NCBI RefSeq assembly: GCF_017876815.1
Contig: NZ_JAGIOS010000003.1
Coordinates: 1,170,001-1,202,000 of the forward strand
Length of the DNA stretch: 32,000 nt
Direction of reading: 5' to 3'
Source: Sinorhizobium meliloti
GTDB lineage: Bacteria > Pseudomonadota > Alphaproteobacteria > Rhizobiales > Rhizobiaceae
A program made the position numbers and the translations under genes. Below the pieces are notes generated by a model. That model was not told the DNA's origin. It was given only the letters and a program-made list of their open reading frames with translations, and searched no databases. Of this stretch, positions 1 through 9,179 are shown piece by piece. Position 1 is the stretch's first letter; each line of letters starts with the position of its first letter.

Positions 1-109
1 CGCGTCATGGCAAGACTCCGAAACAAATGTATTGAATGAGCTATGACAGCAGTGGTTCAGCCGATAAATGGAGAGAAAGGCAGCACAGTAGAAACGGAGA
101 GTTTTTAAT

Positions 110-1015
110 ATGGATCGCCTGACCAGCATGGCTGTATTCGTCAAAGCGGTCGATCTCGGCTCGTTCGCCGCCGCAGCGGAAGCCCTTGGACTATCCGGAC
201 CGATGGTCGGCAAGCATGTTCGATCCTTGGAGGATCGGCTCGGCGTGCAGCTTATCAACCGCACCACTCGGCGACACAGCCTGACGGAGTTCGGTCATGT
301 CTATTACGAACGCTGCCGGGTAGTGCTCGCGGAAGCGCAAGCAGCGGATGCGCTTGCGTCCGATCAGCGTTCCGAACCCCGCGGCAAATTGCGTGTGACG
401 ATGCCGGTCCATCTCGGTCGGCACTGCGTCACCCCCGTGCTGCTGGAACTCGCCCGAAAATACCCGGCGCTAGAACTTGACCTCTCGTTCAACGACCGCA
501 TCATCGACCTTGCCGAAGACGGCTTTGATCTCTCCATACGCACGGGGCCCTTGGGGGACAGGGCCGGATTGATTGGCCGTCGTGTCGCACGCCAGCCGAT
601 GATCGTATGCGCCTCACCCTCCTACCTGGAATCCAATGGCCACCCCGAAACGCCGGAGGACCTGGCGCAGCACTCGGCAGTCATCTATCGCCGATCCGGG
701 CCCGTCCCGCACTGGCTGTTTCCGAGACAGGGGCAATCCCCGGTGGGGGTGATGCCGTTCCACCGGTTCCGCCTCGACGACCTCGATGCGATCGCTGACG
801 CCGCCATACGGGGAATGGGGCTTGCATGGCTTCCCTACTGGCTGGTGCGGGGGCGGATCGAGACGGGCACGCTCGTTCGGCTTCTGCCGGAGCATCCGCC
901 GTTTCTTTATGAGTGCCATGCAGTGTGGCTGCAGACGCCGCACCTGCCGCGCAAAGTTCGCGTTGCCGTCGATGCCTTGGCGGCGCAATTGCCGAGTTTC
1001 ATGACTCTGAAATAG
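110..1015 (+). CDS. LysR-family transcriptional regulator
   Basis: 301-aa ORF. The N-terminal winged HTH (SFAAAAEALGLSGPMVGKHVRSLEDRLGVQLINRTTR) is typical of LysR, followed by a substrate-binding-type C-terminal domain. A possible divergent gene start (cat at 6..8) lies at the window edge. Confidence 0.9.
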   Translation: MDRLTSMAVFVKAVDLGSFAAAAEALGLSGPMVGKHVRSLEDRLGVQLINRTTRRHSLTEFGHVYYERCRVVLAEAQAADALASDQRSEPRGKLRVTMPVHLGRHCVTPVLLELARKYPALELDLSFNDRIIDLAEDGFDLSIRTGPLGDRAGLIGRRVARQPMIVCASPSYLESNGHPETPEDLAQHSAVIYRRSGPVPHWLFPRQGQSPVGVMPFHRFRLDDLDAIADAAIRGMGLAWLPYWLVRGRIETGTLVRLLPEHPPFLYECHAVWLQTPHLPRKVRVAVDALAAQLPSFMTLK

Positions 1016-1198
1016 AGTTGCTCGCCACGCTGCGTGGCAGGACATGACTGTCGAGAGCTGGAATGACGTTGCCGATGCGCTGAAGGCGGATTTTCAAGAA
1101 TGGGCGCCGCGTATAATCAAGCCTCAGATCGGTCCGCTTTCACGTGGCGGTATACGCCACGTGTCAACCGGAGACGCAGGCCGTGGAGGCGCAGCCCC

Positions 1199-2821
1199 TC
1201 ACCCGCGCAGGCCCGGCGCCTCTTGCCCGGTGCGCTCCACATATTCGCTGTAACCACCGCCGTATTGATTGATCCCCTCGGGCGTAAGCTCCAAAACGCG
1301 ATTGGAAAGTGCCGACAGGAAACGGCGATCGTGCGAAACGAACAGCATCGTGCCCTGATAGGCCGAAAGCGCCTTGATCAGCATTTCCTTCGTATCGAGG
1401 TCGAGATGGTTGGTCGGCTCGTCGAGGACGAGGAAGTTCGGCGGGTCGAACAGCATTGCGGCCATCACCAGCCGCGCCTTCTCACCGCCGGAGAGCACCC
1501 GGCATCGCTTCTCGACGTCATCGCCGGAAAAGCCGAAGCAGCCGGCCAGCGCTCTAAGCGGCGCCTGTCCGGCCTTGGGGAAGCGGTCCTCCAGCCATTG
1601 CAGAATGGTGCTCTCGCCATCGAGCAGATCCATGGAATGCTGGGCGAAATAACCAAGCTTGACGCTGGCGCCGAGTGAGACGCTGCCCTTGTCCGGGTTG
1701 GTCGTGCCGGTGACCAGCTTCAGCAATGTCGATTTGCCGGCACCGTTGATGCCCATGATGCACCAGCGTTCGCGCCGGCGTACCATGAAATCGAGGCCGT
1801 CATATATCGTTCGGCTGCCATAGGTCTTGTGGACGCTCTTGAGGTTGACGACGTCTTCGCCGGAGCGCGGAGCCGGCAAGAACTCGAAGGCGACGGTCTG
1901 GCGACGGCGCGGCGGCTCGACGCGGTCAATCTTTTCGAGCTTCTTCACCCGGCTCTGAACCTGCGAGGCGTGAGAGGCACGGGCCTTGAAACGTTCAATG
2001 AACTTGATCTCCTTGGCGAGCATCGCCTGCTGGCGCTCGAACTGAGCTTGCTGTTGTCTTTCGTTCAGCGCACGCTGCTCTTCATAGAAGCCATAATCGC
2101 CGGAATAGGTCGTCAGCGCGCCGCCGTCGATCTCGATGATCTTGGTGACGATCCGGTTCATGAACTCGCGGTCGTGCGACGTCATCAGCAGAGCGCCGTC
2201 ATAGCCTTTCAGGAAGTCCTCCAGCCAAATCAGGCTTTCGAGATCGAGATGGTTGCTCGGTTCGTCGAGCAGCATGACGTCCGGGCGCATCAGAAGGATG
2301 CGGGCGAGCGCCACGCGCATCTTCCAGCCGCCCGACAGCTTGGCGACGTCGCCGTCCATCATCTCCTGGCTGAAGCTGAGGCCGGCGAGCACCTCGCGGG
2401 CACGTCCCTCGAGCGCATAGCCATCGAGCTCTTCGTATCGCGCCTGCACCTCGCCGTAGCGTTCGACGATCGCATCCATTTCATCCATGCGATCCGGATC
2501 CGACATGGCCGTCTCGAGCTCGCGCAGCTCCGCCGCCACGGCGCTGACCGGGCCTGCCCCTTCCATCACCTCGGCGACGGCCGACCGACCGGCCATCTCG
2601 CCGACATCCTGATCGAAATAGCCGATCGTCATGCCCTTCTCGACCGAGACCTGTCCCTCGTCGGGCAGTTCCTGACCGGTAATCATCCGGAAGAGGGTCG
2701 TCTTTCCCGCTCCGTTCGGCCCGACGAGCCCGATCTTTTCGCCGCGGTTCAACGCTGCCGAGGCTTCGATATAGAGTATGCGGTGACTGTTGGACTTGCT
2801 GATGTTTTCGATGCGGATCAT
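1199..2821 (-). CDS. ABC-F family ATPase (two tandem ABC domains, no membrane domain)
   Basis: 540-aa ORF. Domain 1: Walker A GPNGAGKTT, signature LSGGWKMR, Walker B MLLDEPSNHLD. Domain 2: GINGAGKST, LSGGEKAR, LVLDEPTNHLD. A charged inter-domain linker (QQQAQFERQQAMLAKE) is present. Confidence 0.9.
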   Translation of the reverse strand: MIRIENISKSNSHRILYIEASAALNRGEKIGLVGPNGAGKTTLFRMITGQELPDEGQVSVEKGMTIGYFDQDVGEMAGRSAVAEVMEGAGPVSAVAAELRELETAMSDPDRMDEMDAIVERYGEVQARYEELDGYALEGRAREVLAGLSFSQEMMDGDVAKLSGGWKMRVALARILLMRPDVMLLDEPSNHLDLESLIWLEDFLKGYDGALLMTSHDREFMNRIVTKIIEIDGGALTTYSGDYGFYEEQRALNERQQQAQFERQQAMLAKEIKFIERFKARASHASQVQSRVKKLEKIDRVEPPRRRQTVAFEFLPAPRSGEDVVNLKSVHKTYGSRTIYDGLDFMVRRRERWCIMGINGAGKSTLLKLVTGTTNPDKGSVSLGASVKLGYFAQHSMDLLDGESTILQWLEDRFPKAGQAPLRALAGCFGFSGDDVEKRCRVLSGGEKARLVMAAMLFDPPNFLVLDEPTNHLDLDTKEMLIKALSAYQGTMLFVSHDRRFLSALSNRVLELTPEGINQYGGGYSEYVERTGQEAPGLRG

Positions 2822-3151
2822 GCGGAAGACGGCCTATCTGGTTGCGGGCACCCCTATGCCACGGGTTGGCGTAGCTGTCACGCCGGCCGGACGCATCTTC
2901 TCCTCGGCGAGGCTATGCCACGCACGGCGGCTCCCAACTAGCCGACGCATGGTACACGCCGCTCGATATGCCCCCTCACCTCGCTGGCGTGAGCAACCTA
3001 CAGGTCTAGGCCACCTGGTCTGAGCCCCCCGACCATCAGGCCGAATTAAGGTGTTAACCGAGACGAGCTATAAGCGCACCTGCGGATCAGACCTCGGCGC
3101 ATCGGACGCGGGGTACTGACCGGACTTCAACCCCGATGGCCTGGGAAAACG

Positions 3152-4807
3152 ATGCCTGCAACGACGACATATGCAACGACTGGTAACGCCTATATCGACG
3201 GGCTCCTCGGCGAGTGGAAATGGGCGATCAAGGATTTCACGTTCAGTTTCCCGACCAGCGCTTCATTTTACGGCGCCGGTTACGGCAATAGCGAGCCGCT
3301 GAAGGGCTTTGCGGTCTTGAACGCCGCACAGCAGGCCGCCACGCGAGCAGCCCTCGATCAGTTTTCCTCCGTCGCCAACGTCTCATTCACCGAGATCACG
3401 GAGAGTGCGACCAAGCACGCCGATCTCCGACTCGCCTCGTCCGACGCCCCGAGCACCGCCTGGGCCTATTTCCCCTCGACCGCGGGGGAAGGCGGCGACG
3501 CGTGGTTCAACAAATCATCCGGCCACTACAGCCGCCCGGTCAAGGGAAACTACGCCTATGTGACATTCCTTCACGAGACCGGCCACGCGCTTGGACTGGA
3601 ACACGCCCATGAGGGTAACGTCATGCCCGTGAACCGCGACTCGATGGAATACACGGTCATGAGTTACCGTTCCTATGTCGGTGCCTCGACCACGACCGGC
3701 TATACCAACGAGACCTGGGGATATGCGCAATCGCTGATGATGTACGATATCGCTGCCTTGCAGCATATGTACGGCGCGGATTTCACCACCCACAGCGGAA
3801 ACACGACATATCGCTGGAGCCCGACGTCAGGCGAGATGTTCACCAATGGTATCGGTCAGGGTGCCCCTGGCGGCAACAAGATCCTGCTTACGGTATGGGA
3901 CGGCGGCGGAACGGACACCTACGATTTTTCCAACTACGCGACTGCACTGAAGGTCGATCTCCGCCCGGGCGAATGGACGACCACCTCGGCCGCGCAATTG
4001 GCGAAGCTGCACTACGACGGTTCGAAGGTGGCGATCGGCAATATCGCCAACGCCCTGCAGTATCAGGGCGACACGCGCTCGCTCATCGAGAACGCGAAGG
4101 GTGGCGCAGGCAACGACGCGATCACCGGCAATGCCGCTGCAAATGCTCTTTGGGGTAACGGCGGCAATGACAGGCTGATCGGCGGCGATGGGAACGACAA
4201 TCTTGCTGGCGGTGCGGGCGCCGACCGGCTCGACGGCGGCAATGGCACGGATCTGGCCAATTATGCCAATGCCACGGCCGGCATCGTTGCCGATCTTTAC
4301 TCGCCCGGCTCCAACACGGGGGAAGCGGCTGGCGATACATATGTATCAATCGAGCGGCTCTACGGTTCAGCCTTCAACGACACCCTGCGCGGAGACAATC
4401 GCGCAAACCTCCTGAACGGCCTTGCAGGTAACGACATGCTGAATGGGCGTGACGGCAACGACACCCTGATCGGCGGTAGCGGCGCCGATCGGCTGATTGG
4501 CGGCGGCGGCGCGGACACTTTTGTCTTCGAGACGACGGCGCAATCGGCGCCGGCCTTCAGGGACGTGATCGATGATTTCGCCTCCGGCGTCGATCGGATG
4601 GATTTGCGTTCAATCGACGCGAACAGCAATGCCGTCGGAGACCAGGCATTTCTATTTATCGGCAGCAATGCGTTCCACGGCAAAGCAGGTGAACTTAACT
4701 TCAGGAGTGGGATAGTGTCGGGTGACGTCAATGGCGACGGCCTTGCAGATTTCCAGATCAAGGTGATGAATCTTTCGGCTCTTTCCGGAAGCGATTTCCT
4801 GCTTTGA
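3152..4807 (+). CDS. Serralysin-family (M10B) zinc metalloprotease with C-terminal RTX Ca-binding repeats
   Basis: Zinc motif HETGHALGLEH (HEXXHXXGXXH) and a Met-turn-like YTVMSYRSY. There are multiple GGxGxD nonapeptide repeats (GGAGNDAITGN, GNGGNDRLIGGDGNDNLAGGAGADRLDGGNGTD, GLAGNDMLNGRDGNDTLIGGSGADRLIGGGGADTFVF). No N-terminal signal peptide is present, consistent with type I secretion. Confidence 0.9.
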   Translation: MPATTTYATTGNAYIDGLLGEWKWAIKDFTFSFPTSASFYGAGYGNSEPLKGFAVLNAAQQAATRAALDQFSSVANVSFTEITESATKHADLRLASSDAPSTAWAYFPSTAGEGGDAWFNKSSGHYSRPVKGNYAYVTFLHETGHALGLEHAHEGNVMPVNRDSMEYTVMSYRSYVGASTTTGYTNETWGYAQSLMMYDIAALQHMYGADFTTHSGNTTYRWSPTSGEMFTNGIGQGAPGGNKILLTVWDGGGTDTYDFSNYATALKVDLRPGEWTTTSAAQLAKLHYDGSKVAIGNIANALQYQGDTRSLIENAKGGAGNDAITGNAAANALWGNGGNDRLIGGDGNDNLAGGAGADRLDGGNGTDLANYANATAGIVADLYSPGSNTGEAAGDTYVSIERLYGSAFNDTLRGDNRANLLNGLAGNDMLNGRDGNDTLIGGSGADRLIGGGGADTFVFETTAQSAPAFRDVIDDFASGVDRMDLRSIDANSNAVGDQAFLFIGSNAFHGKAGELNFRSGIVSGDVNGDGLADFQIKVMNLSALSGSDFLL

Positions 4808-4822
4808 GGGGGTGGAAAAACC

Positions 4823-5050
4823 ATGAGCGAATGGATCGATTTTGAGCGCTGGTCAGACTGCAAGAGCATGGAGCGGCCCGGGATCGTCTTCGAGGTCACC
4901 AACGGAGATCAGACGCTGCTCACTGATTGCGTCGTGCCGCTGCCGTTGCCGTCTGACTGGGTAGTTCATCCTCTGCGCTTTCGCGCCGTGCCGCAGCCTC
5001 GGCCTCGGCACTCTTCGCCGTTACCGAAGCCGGCAGGTCCGCAGGAGTAA
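4823..5050 (+). CDS. Hypothetical 75-aa protein immediately downstream of the protease
   Basis: The ORF starts 16 nt after the protease stop and is preceded by a purine-rich GGGGGTGG. I recognise no motif and see no signal peptide. The C-terminal third is Pro/Arg-rich and may be non-coding read-on. Confidence 0.25.
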   Translation: MSEWIDFERWSDCKSMERPGIVFEVTNGDQTLLTDCVVPLPLPSDWVVHPLRFRAVPQPRPRHSSPLPKPAGPQE

Positions 5051-5316
5051 ACACAACACGGACCAGTTGCCGGTCGGCGGCCCGCTTGCGGAGTCGAAGC
5101 GCCATGGACGTGCTGCGCCGCAGCTATTAGACTCCTTCGGATCATACGCGGAAGCAATGGTTACCGCTGGCGGCCTGCTGGTCCCTCGCGCTATCCTCAG
5201 CATCCGCAAGGTCACGTCGACCATGATCCCAGGACTGACTGCGGCGGCCGTGTTACTCGCGTCGATCAGGTGAGTGAACAAGTCGCGGCTAGCTCAACCA
5301 CGCTGCTGGAGGATTG

Positions 5317-6366
5317 ATGAACACTCTTGCTCCCCGTCTCACGGACCTCGCTCACGGTGGCGGTTGCGGCTGCAAACTCGCGCCCTCCGTTCTACAGCAG
5401 CTTCTTGCCACTCAACCGGCTGCCCGACCTTTTGCCCAGCTCCTCGTCGGCAACGACATGGCCGATGATGCCGCCGTATGGCAGGTGGACGACAACACCT
5501 GCGTGATTGCCACCACCGATTTCTTCATGCCGATCGTCGACGATCCGCGAGACTTCGGGCGGATCGCCGCGACCAATGCTATTTCCGATGTTTATGCCAT
5601 GGGTGGAAAGCCGATCCTGGCATTGGCGATCGTCGGAATGCCGATCAACAAGCTCGATTCGACAACGATCGCGAAGATTCTCGAGGGCGGCGCTTCGATC
5701 TGCGCCGAGGCGGGCATTCCCGTCGCCGGCGGCCATTCCATCGATTCCGTCGAGCCGATTTACGGCCTCGCCGTCATCGGCCTCTGTCACCCGAGCGAGG
5801 TTCGCCGCAATGGCGGCGTAAAAGCCGGAGACGCGCTCATCCTGACCAAGGGGATTGGCGTCGGCATCTATTCGGCAGCAATTAAGAAGAACGCGCTGCC
5901 GGCCGGCTGTTACGAGGAAATGATCGGCTCCACGACGCTGCTCAACCGCATCGGCGCGGACCTCGCCGCCGATCCCGATGTCCATGCGATGACCGATGTC
6001 ACCGGTTTCGGAGTCCTCGGACACGGACTTGAGATGGCCCGTGCGTCTCAGCTTTCCCTCACCCTGAGCCTTCCCGCGATTCCCTTCTTGTCACAAGCTT
6101 ACATGCTTGCCGAACAGGGTTTCATCACGGGTGCGTCGGGGCGCAACTGGGCAAGCTACGGCGCCGACGTCGTGCTTCCCGACGACCTCCCGGACTGGCA
6201 GCGACTGCTGCTTGCCGACCCGCAGACCTCGGGCGGTCTGCTGGTCGCATGTGCGCCGGAAAAGGCTGGCGCATTGGTCGAGAGTATCCGCCTCGCGGGT
6301 TACCCGCTTGCGGGCATTGTCGGAACCGCGGAAGCAGGCGCGGCTCAGATCAACGTGATTTCCTGA
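5317..6366 (+). CDS. selD: Selenide, water dikinase (selenophosphate synthetase), Cys-type
   Basis: The N-terminal [16 protein letters not shown] motif is the SelD glycine-rich loop, with Cys rather than Sec. The body is PurM/AIR-synthase-like. GGAGGA lies just upstream of the ATG at 5317; the ORF track begins at the TTG at 5314. Confidence 0.9.
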   Translation: MNTLAPRLTDLAHGGGCGCKLAPSVLQQLLATQPAARPFAQLLVGNDMADDAAVWQVDDNTCVIATTDFFMPIVDDPRDFGRIAATNAISDVYAMGGKPILALAIVGMPINKLDSTTIAKILEGGASICAEAGIPVAGGHSIDSVEPIYGLAVIGLCHPSEVRRNGGVKAGDALILTKGIGVGIYSAAIKKNALPAGCYEEMIGSTTLLNRIGADLAADPDVHAMTDVTGFGVLGHGLEMARASQLSLTLSLPAIPFLSQAYMLAEQGFITGASGRNWASYGADVVLPDDLPDWQRLLLADPQTSGGLLVACAPEKAGALVESIRLAGYPLAGIVGTAEAGAAQINVIS

Positions 6367-6429
6367 TATCGATTGCTCGGGGAACAAGCGTTCCCGAACA
6401 TCGTTGGTGGCGATGAAAAGGAGATCGCC

Positions 6430-6807
6430 ATGAGCAACCTCGCACCGACCCGGCCTTCCGCACGTGTTCTGGCCGCTTTCTGCCTGCTGATCGCCCTCGC
6501 CCCCAATCCAGCATCGGCACAGAACGCGAATGAGAAAGCCGATTGCGCCGCGGCTGCCGGCAAGGCGGAGCCGGCAACGCCCCCCGACCGCGCCAGCGCT
6601 GACGGCACCGCGCCCGGCAACAGCGGGTCGACCGGCTGGACCGGAGGAACGGGCGGCGCGCATATCGGCACCAATCCCCAAGGGGGGACTGCGAGCTCGA
6701 CAACCTGGCAGCCGCCGACGGCGCGCGGCATCGATCTCGCCGCGGCAGCCGAAACTCCGCCACCGAAAACCCAGGCACCGGGAGCCCAGACACCGACCGA
6801 CTGCTGA
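6430..6807 (+). CDS. Secreted low-complexity (Pro/Gly/Thr/Ala-rich) hypothetical protein
   Basis: AAGGAGA sits 5 nt upstream of the ATG at 6430. Sec-type signal peptide MSNLAPTRPSARVLAAFCLLIALAPNPASA|QN. The mature part is low complexity and ends ...TPTDC followed by TGA. Confidence 0.55.
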   Translation: MSNLAPTRPSARVLAAFCLLIALAPNPASAQNANEKADCAAAAGKAEPATPPDRASADGTAPGNSGSTGWTGGTGGAHIGTNPQGGTASSTTWQPPTARGIDLAAAAETPPPKTQAPGAQTPTDC

Positions 6808-6911
6808 GGTTACCGCCGTGGCGATCGTTAATTCTGTTTCCAAGCGTCGAGCATGGTAGTAATTTTGTCGGCGAGCGCATTTCACGCCGCTATCAGACGG
6901 GAGCTGAGGCC

Positions 6912-7979
6912 ATGCTGAACCGCCGCCGATTTCTGACGAATGCTGCGACAGCAGCAATCGCGACTGCCTGGGTTTCAAGAGGCGGCACGCGAGCCCGTGC
7001 CGAGGAGGCCGGAAATGGTTCCCGCTGGCGTCGTTTCGAGATTATCACCAAAATCGACCTTCAGCCGGCTGAAGGCCCGGCGCAGCTCTGGCTGCCGGTA
7101 GTCCGGTCTGCCGGTGACTATCAGAAAGCGGACGCTCCGCGCTGGGTATCGAACAGCACCGACATCCGTATGGAGAAAGACCCCTCCTCCGGCGCCGACA
7201 TTCTGCGCGTCATGTGGCAAGACGAGCCACGGCGCGCCATCGAGGTTACTCAACACGTGGCCACGCGCGATCGCCGCGTGGCAAGCAAGATCGCCGCAAC
7301 GGAGGCGGAACTGCAGCATGAGTTGCGCGGCACTCCCAGCATGCCCGTAGACGGCATCGTCAAGACAACCGCCATGCGCATTGTCGAAGGCCGGGATCGA
7401 GCCGAAGATCGCGCTCGGGCGATCTACGATTGGGTGATCGACAATACGTTCCGCGATGCGAACATCGACGGCTGCGGCGTCGGCAACGCCAGGGACATGC
7501 TGGAAAGCGGCTATTTCGGCGGCAAGTGCGCAGACATATCAAGCTTGTTCGTGTCGCTCGCCCGAGCCGCCGGCCTGCCTGCCCGCGACGTCTTCGGCAT
7601 CCGAGTGGCCGATTCCGCCGATTTCAAGAGCCTCGGCCGTTCCGGCGACATCACCAAAGCGCAGCACTGTCGCGCCGAAGTCTATCTCGACGCTCATGGC
7701 TGGGTTCCGGTCGATCCGGCTGATGTCCGCAAGGTTGTGCTCGAAGAAAACCTGCCGCTCGATAATCCCGCCGTCCGCGCTTTCCGCGAAAAAGCTTACG
7801 GCAACTGGGAAATGAACTGGGTGGGCTACAACACGGCGCGAGATCTCGTTCTGCCCGGAGGAGAGCTGCGACAGGGGTTCCTGATGTATCCTGCAGCAGT
7901 TACCTCGCGCGGCGAGCTGGACTGCCTCAATCCGCAGACCTTCGCCTATTCGATCACCTCCAGGGAAATAGCAGCCTGA
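6912..7979 (+). CDS. Tat-exported transglutaminase-like (cysteine-protease fold) protein
   Basis: Twin-arginine leader MLNRRRFLTNAATAAIATAWV. Transglutaminase-core triad context: GGKCADISSLFVSLARAAGLPARDV (Cys), HCRAEVYLDAHGWVPVDPAD (His, Asp). Confidence 0.85.
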   Translation: MLNRRRFLTNAATAAIATAWVSRGGTRARAEEAGNGSRWRRFEIITKIDLQPAEGPAQLWLPVVRSAGDYQKADAPRWVSNSTDIRMEKDPSSGADILRVMWQDEPRRAIEVTQHVATRDRRVASKIAATEAELQHELRGTPSMPVDGIVKTTAMRIVEGRDRAEDRARAIYDWVIDNTFRDANIDGCGVGNARDMLESGYFGGKCADISSLFVSLARAAGLPARDVFGIRVADSADFKSLGRSGDITKAQHCRAEVYLDAHGWVPVDPADVRKVVLEENLPLDNPAVRAFREKAYGNWEMNWVGYNTARDLVLPGGELRQGFLMYPAAVTSRGELDCLNPQTFAYSITSREIAA

Positions 7980-8002
7980 GGGCCAGGCGACGTCCGAAAA
8001 CG

Positions 8003-8032
8003 AAGCCGCAGGAAGATCGATCACTGCGGCTT
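8003..8032. terminator. Hairpin between convergent genes (candidate terminator, mainly for the minus-strand gene)
   Basis: 9-bp inverted repeat AAGCCGCAG (8003..8011) / CTGCGGCTT (8024..8032) with a 12-nt loop. On the minus strand it is followed by CGUUUUCGG. It overlaps the stop codon of the 8021..8404 gene. Confidence 0.3.
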
Positions 8033-8404
8033 GATCTCCTCGATCGTTAGCCGCAATCCATCGGCGTTGAACAAATCCCCCTCCCTGATCAGGGAACGAT
8101 CCTCGTTGAGTTTGAAAACCAGCGAAGCGAGCCTCGACTTCGCCTCCCCGTCCTCCACTAGGCCTTCGCGGCCAGCCCGGTAGAAGACGGCGCCCGACCA
8201 GTCGACGCCGGCGCCGCGGAAAAGCCGCACCATGTCCGGCCAGCGCAATTCGTCCCCGACAACGTGAAGATAGGCTGAGCGCAGCAGATCGACACTGGTG
8301 TCGTTGATCCGGAGCAGCACGAACAGCATGGTGAACGAGCCGACGTCCCTGTAAATCGAGACCACCCAGTCGTCAAAATCGGTCCCATGCGTTTCGGCGG
8401 TCAC
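8021..8404 (-). CDS. Hypothetical 127-aa protein directly downstream of tRNA-Sec
   Basis: The listed ORF 8021..8503 runs into the tRNA. A GTG at 8404 is preceded by GGAGA with a 6-nt spacer, and I take that as the start. No family recognised. Confidence 0.5.
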   Translation of the reverse strand: MTAETHGTDFDDWVVSIYRDVGSFTMLFVLLRINDTSVDLLRSAYLHVVGDELRWPDMVRLFRGAGVDWSGAVFYRAGREGLVEDGEAKSRLASLVFKLNEDRSLIREGDLFNADGLRLTIEEIKPQ

Positions 8405-8418
8405 GAAGGGTCTCCTGA

Positions 8419-8514
8419 TGGCGGAAGAGAATGGGAGTCGAACCCACCCAAGACAGCCTCGCTGCCCCACCCGGATTTGAAGTCCGGACATGCCACCGGG
8501 CATGATTCTCTTCC
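8419..8514 (-). tRNA. selC: tRNA-Sec (anticodon UCA), 96 nt including CCA
   Basis: Minus-strand sequence GGAAGAGAATCATGCCCGGTGGCATGTCCGGACTTCAAATCCGGGTGGGGCAGCGAGGCTGTCTTGGGTGGGTTCGACTCCCATTCTCTTCCGCCA. It has an 8-bp acceptor stem (GGAAGAGA/TCTCTTCC) and a 6-bp D stem (CATGCC/GGCATG) with a 4-nt loop. The 6-bp anticodon stem carries the loop CTTCAAA. There is a long variable arm and a 5-bp T stem with loop TTCGACT, giving the bacterial 8/5 Sec architecture. Confidence 0.93.
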
Positions 8515-8582
8515 AGGCGTCGAATTTGTTGCCATTTCACCGGAGACAATCTTTGCAAACGCGAGCGATTGCTGCCGCTTTG

Positions 8583-8830
8583 CTACCCTTTGCCATCACT
8601 CCTGTCCACTACAGCACGACTGATCATGTCGTCAATCTGCGCTGCGGCATGGGCCTGTATCCCGGGCATCACATGCGAGTACAGGTCGAGCGTAATGCCG
8701 ATCTTCGAATGTGAAAGACGCTCACTCGCGATCTTTGGATGGACGCCGCCGGCCAGCAACTGCGTTGCATGGGTGTGGCGCAAGTCGTGGAAGCGCATCC
8801 GCGGGTGGGTCCACTGGGTCGCCACTCGAA
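8583..8830 (-). pseudogene. Tyrosine recombinase (phage-type integrase), C-terminal fragment only
   Basis: The tail of ORF 8583..9050 reads RFHDLRHTHATQLLAGGVHPKIASERLSHSKIGITLDLYSHV, which covers the HxLRH, LGH-like and catalytic Tyr region. Upstream residues of the ORF do not look integrase-like, so about three quarters of the gene is missing. Confidence 0.7.
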
Positions 8831-9179
8831 AGTGACAGCTCCAATCTTGTCTACGCTCGGCGGCTTGCCTAAGACCTTTGTCGTTGATGAGCTGGTCTAA
8901 GGTCCGGCAAGCACATGTCGGGCGTGTAATTGGAGCTGCAGCTGGTCGGCCCGCTGCAGCTCTGTTTGTTCCTACACACCCGCCGCGATGTCTCTCTGCA
9001 ATCTGAACTCTCGGCCACTCGCTTTGCGGGGCTGCCTCCGCATTTGTCACTCAACATCATCTGGCAACGGTAAGTCCGCCATCGCTCACCGCACAAAATA
9101 CCTCTTCCTATAAACAAAAGACGGAACCGGGCTCTGATCTGCGCGTTCGGAGCAAACATCATCGTGCGAGGAGGCGGAC

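Noticed and set aside
1141-1163. 9-bp hairpin CACGTGGCG-gtata-CGCCACGTG between the convergent LysR and ABC-F genes, considered as a bidirectional terminator
   Set aside because: The stem is good, but there is no U-tract on either strand. It could equally be a protein-binding palindrome, so it is not called as a feature.
1829-2941. 370-aa plus-strand ORF opposite the ABC-F gene, together with similar long antisense ORFs at 15138..16730, 20904..22196, 17394..18515, 12453..13355 and 28605..29462
   Set aside because: These are shadow ORFs typical of high-GC DNA. They are Arg/Ala/Gly/His-rich, have no recognisable motifs, and each lies opposite a gene with clear family signatures.
4920-5281. Minus-strand small ORFs (4920..5105, 4966..5157, 5021..5281) between the protease and selD
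   Set aside because: They have no convincing RBS, overlap one another, and have low-complexity Ala/Arg composition.
6378-6396. Short hairpin GGGAAC-aagc-GTTCCC after the selD stop, resembling half of the parS motif
   Set aside because: It has only a 6-bp stem, no U-tract, and does not match the full 16-bp parS pattern. It is probably fortuitous.
8405-8503. N-terminal extension of ORF 8021..8503
   Set aside because: It is translated straight through the tRNA-Sec gene on the same strand. A GTG at 8404 with a GGAGA RBS is a more plausible start.
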